From Amoebophrya sp. A120 (lineage: Eukaryota > Protista > Dinoflagellata): a DNA stretch of 64,000 nucleotides. Shown here one piece after another: positions 59,864 to 64,000 of the stretch. Position numbers and translations under genes: made by a program. The DNA is taken from NCBI GenBank assembly GCA_905178155.1, contig CAJINV010000001.1:10844311-10908310 (forward strand). The letters run 5' to 3'. The notes under the pieces are model-generated. The model was not told the DNA's origin and did not search any database. It saw only the letters and a list, made by a program, of their open reading frames with translations. How positions within the stretch are numbered: the stretch's first letter is position 1; each line of letters opens with the position of its first letter.

Positions 59864-61374
59864 CATCCTGAGCAAAAACACCCCCGCCCCAGAGTCCCAG
59901 CGAGAAGCACGGCGCGGATTCGGTTACCAAATCCAAAAAGAAGCAAGGGCGCGCGCATTTTGTGGGCTCCATAGATAGCATGCGGAGAAGATTCCAGCCG
60001 CCTCCCAATGCCGACCATGGCGCGGCGGACGGCTACCAAAAAGCTTCGGACAATGCAAACTCTTGCGATTTCAGTAGTGTGCTGGTGCGCAGACAAGCGG
60101 CCGGCAGGGTGCTCCATAGATGGGCAGCGCCCCTCTTCGTTTTGTCGACGTTGACAGAGGAACTCCGCCAGTTCCTTGGCTATTAGACCGTTACACGACC
60201 AGCAACCGAGCGCAGAGGCTCGGGCGGGCTGAACGCGTTGCGCCTTGTGTGTAGAGTGGGGCCAGGTCGTGACTCCGGTCCTTTTTAGTTGCGTTCAGTC
60301 CCTGCGCGCTCCTTGGAGACTGCGCTTCTTGAAACACGGGCCAGGTGCTGTCAGGCTTGGCTCTAAATCAGGCCACTTTCCTTGTGATCGTCGCCGTCGG
60401 ATGTAAGTCGTTGGGCGGCATGGGCACCTAGATTCGTTGCGATTCTTCGCCAGTTCGTGTGGTTTGGAATGATTTCGCGGGCCGCCGGGCTCGATTTCTT
60501 GATCTGCCTTGCATTGGCTAAAAACGGCGAGCCCCGAGGGCGCCATGGCTGCCCCCGGGGTTCCGCAAATTATGCCAATCCCCCTGGTATGGCCCCCCTC
60601 GCATGATCAGCCAGAACCCGCGGGGCCGAGCGACCGTAGCAGCGCCATGCCGCCGGGAGTTGGGCCCCCTGTCGCCCTCGGGGGGCCCCTAGCGTGCGGC
60701 CTCGGGCGCGCCCTTTTTCATTTTGCGAAAGCAGGCAGCTTCATGGGCCAGAAGATAACTAACAGCGAACCCCGGCGCCACGGCCGCCCTCTGGGTTCCG
60801 GCCGGCTGGCAATTATGCACATCCGCATGCTATTGCCCCCCGTGCTGTATCACACACCCATACCCCGCCGGGCCTTGGCCGCGCCATACCAACCTTCCGG
60901 ACTGAAGTCCCCTCCCTTCCTCGAGGGAGGCCCATGGTGTGCGGCTTCGGGCGCGTTTTTTCTTTTTTGCGAAGGCCGGCAGCCTCGAGGGCTGGCATAA
61001 TTCGCGGGGCCCCTTGCGTGGCCAGGCCGCCGGGGCTCGCAGTCCATTTTCTAAGCACTCAAGAAATTGGCGAAGATGAAGATCTCAACTGTCAGAAAAA
61101 GCGAAGGGGGCGCGGCACTATGACGCACCCCGGCCGACCGATTGTCTGCGACCGAGCGTGCCAGAATGCCACTGCAGTCGGAAGGATTTGCATCGCTTCA
61201 AGCTTTTCAGTAACCGCCGCGCCATTGTCGGAATAAATTGGGCAACGGCTGTCATTCTAATCCGCATGCCATGAGGGCCACAAATTGCGCGCATTCTTTT
61301 TTTGGATTTGGTAACCAGGCCGACGCCAATCCCCTCGACGCAGCTCTGGGGCGGGGCTGTTTTTGCTCAGGATA
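59864..61374. mobile_element. 1.5-kb element with family A-type tips and ~110-bp TIRs, containing a nested inverted-repeat unit (~60509-61062)
   Basis: CATCCTGAGCAAAAACACCCCCGCCCCAGAG...GGTTACCAAATCCAAAAAG pairs with TTTTTGGATTTGGTAACC...CTCTGGGGCGGGGCTGTTTTTGCTCAGGATA; no clear TSD. Confidence 0.8.
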
Positions 61375-62287
61375 GTGCCTGTGCCTGTTTTTCGATCGTT
61401 GAATGGGGCCAGTCGCTGAGGCCCTGCCTCGGCAAATCGTTGAGGCCTCCCAGGCCGCTGGGGTGCACTCGTTGAGATGCAGCCGCTGGGATTTCAATTT
61501 CTGTATAACAACCGACAATAAGTAATCCTAAGCGGCAGGGCGGTTGGATAGAGAAACGGCGGCAAGCTTTCGCAGTGTCGAGTGAGAAGGATTGCGCACA
61601 CTTTGCGCTTGGGCACGTTTGTGGAGTCCAACTCCAAGTCTGTAGTCGAGTGCATCATGTACGAAGACACGTGGCAACGTGATGCAGTACTGCAGGCGGG
61701 GGATATCGCAGCACATGCATACAACAGCAAGAAATGCCCTGCGCTCAAGCATCACGAGCAGCCAAACCGATCCACAGCCCCATGGATGCGCATCTTCGTC
61801 AAGTGCCTTATATAGAATACCACGCAAGCAAAAGCACCCACGCCGGCACCTCGGCGAATTACTGACATGGCTGACCTTTTTATCCGGCCCTTGAATATGT
61901 GAGCTCACAGGCTGAAGAATCAATAGAGTTCTGGTTTGTGTGACAAGGAAACAGCTCGGGCCTAGCGAAGCGGCCCGGGCAGGCGGCGCAGGAACACAAG
62001 GCGGATTTTTATAAATTGATGCGTCCTACTTCTCGCCTGGCGTTGCCCGTGTTGTTCTGGTCCCGGGAAGCCCTTAAACTCGCGGCCAAGTTTCATCGCG
62101 GTTGTAGGTCTCTCAGTTTCCCAGAAATTTTTCTCCCACCTTGCCCGCCCTCAGTCGTGCTTCGCGGGTTTGTTGTCGAGACAAAACCCTTATCCAGCGG
62201 GGTGCGGTCTGGCGACCTGCGTTCGCCAGCTAGGCCCGTTGTTGTTTCCGACGGATCAACTTATAAAATGTAGAACTACATAAACAG

Positions 62288-63686
62288 ATTCGCACTCTGC
62301 CACCTCCTACTTGGTCAGTGTGTTCATTCTTGGACTGCAGAAGGACTCCTCGACAAGGTGCAGAGCTACTTCGAGGACGAGAAGCGGGTCGCTCCGATTG
62401 CTGCGCCCCGCCAACGCGCGACGGGCCCACGCCCCCCCGAAACGGCGCCAGATCTGGCGAAGAAGACCGGCCGCGCGCGCCAGCCCCCAGCCCACGCGAC
62501 GCGTCCAAAGATGAAGCCGAGGCTGCGAGGAGCCTCGTTTATTCAAGAAAGCGTCGAAGTTGGCGATCGGATCGAAAACTACTTCGGAGTGACGGAAGAC
62601 GCAGAGGTTGAAGGCTCCGCGCACCAAACAGCTGACCTGCTTTTGCCAGGTGGTCCGCTACACTACAATACCACGGCAGACATAGAGCGCGGAGCGTTCC
62701 TACAGTTGTCACAGGAGCAGCATGTCGGGCGTTCATTTTTTCTTGCGGAAGAAACCGTAAAAAAAGTCACGGAATTTTTTAACGACGGCCGCAGTGTTCT
62801 CGTAAAAACAATCACGTCGCTTTTTATGGGCTCTTTTGTCAGCAAGTTTGTGCCGACGACTGCCATCCTGGACCTCCTGCATGACATCGACGCGATGCTC
62901 CGGCACTGTGCGGCCGAAGCGGCTGTTTCCTCAGTGATAACCGCGGTCGTTGAGCAGAGGGATGTGGATTTCAGTCCGCACGAGGTTGCGGCTCTCACGC
63001 ACGTCTTGTCACAAGAATTTCACGGCGATGCAGAATTCTGGAAACAGGCCCGCTGGTTCCGCTTGCCAGACGAACTCGTCAGTGACCAACTTCAGGGGAT
63101 TGAGGAAACAGTGGGTGCTGTTCTGCCGAGTCTGCACGAATTCATAACAATGAAGGACTTCAACGGGGAGGCCATCACGAAGGCCATCGAGGATGCCATC
63201 ACGAAGGGTGTTGAGGAAGTAGATAAATTGATCAAGCGCCTCAAGGACAAGATCGCCAGCCACGGGCACGGGAACGACAACCGAGCCAGCTATCTTGAGC
63301 TTCGCGACCAGGGCTCCCGTCCGAGTGCATTTGCGCAAGCAGCACCATCGCCGGATCGTGCTGCCAGGTACGCGAAAAAGGCGCTCCGAACACGGGCTTC
63401 CACGGCCATGCCAGCAGGGCCGGCGGCTGCGCTGAAGAGTTTGCCCGGCCACGACCTCGAGGTTGATTGGACCGGAGAGTTTTCCGACCCTACACCGTTC
63501 GAGGAGTACACGCACGAAGGGCACCTCGCGACAGCGTTGGCGAAGCAACTATGCGTCGCGAATATAAAGTCAGGGTCAGAGCAGGTAGCTAAAGCACAGA
63601 CATTGACAGTTCCGCTTGTGTGGGGAAGCAAGGTTCAACCACGCAGACAGACGCTATTAAGTAAGTTTTTGTTTGCGCCGCGATAG
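62288..63686 (+). CDS. Main exon of a putative secreted protein with SFLQ-like motifs; gene ends unresolved
   Basis: Open frame from the acceptor at 62287 (FALCHLLLGQCVHSWTAEG) through ORF 62358..63686; probable donor GTAAGT at 63661. Confidence 0.6.
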
Positions 63687-64000
63687 CTAGACTCCAAAAT
63701 GATAGAAGGAGTGAGTCCTCGCACATGGACAGGCGAAGCGTTAGAGTCGAACAGATTCAACTCATCAGGTCGCACCATGAAAATTTCTGAAGTCGCAATT
63801 TATTACCAGCTTCCCGCACATTCGCGCCAGCAGACTTTTGAGGTCCATTACCGCTCCTCCTGTGTTGAACATGAGCCGCTTTCTGCCTGACGATGACGCC
63901 TCTTCGCAATGCATAGCAAGGCATCGAGTCGAGCCCCGAGCCTGAGAGTACGAGCCAACTCAGCGAATTACCTTCGCCGGACGAACCCGAAGCCCCCCCG

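Noticed and set aside
59105-59974. ORFs with (GRAGQ)n or (CPALP)n repeats
   Set aside because: Artefact of the AGGGC microsatellite in GC-rich repeat DNA.

Overview
Eukaryotic genomic DNA. About 13 intron-containing genes all lie on the + strand. The unidirectional gene cluster and the TIR-bounded non-canonical introns point to an alveolate, most likely the syndinean dinoflagellate parasite Amoebophrya (inference, no search run). Recognisable products: a ~3,360-aa DUF6606/DUF3638/DUF3645 P-loop protein, a CRAL-TRIO+RhoGAP-like protein, a 10-intron Ser/Thr kinase, an IAH1-like GDSL esterase, an FSH1/OVCA2 serine hydrolase, an ERICH2-like protein and an AlkB-fold protein lacking its iron ligands. 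The dominant feature is a set of 14 MITE-like insertions in exons (mostly 0.18-0.35 kb, one 1.1 kb) from several TIR families. They share TATC...GATA-type ends and 5-bp target duplications, and most carry an internal GCATGAC motif. Removing the element plus one TSD restores the reading frame in every case, but only 4 of the 14 can be drawn as GT-AG introns, and one family occurs in both orientations. Larger 0.7-2.1 kb TIR elements without visible TSD also interrupt genes or nest inside other elements. No transposase ORF, rRNA, tRNA or CRISPR array was recognised.
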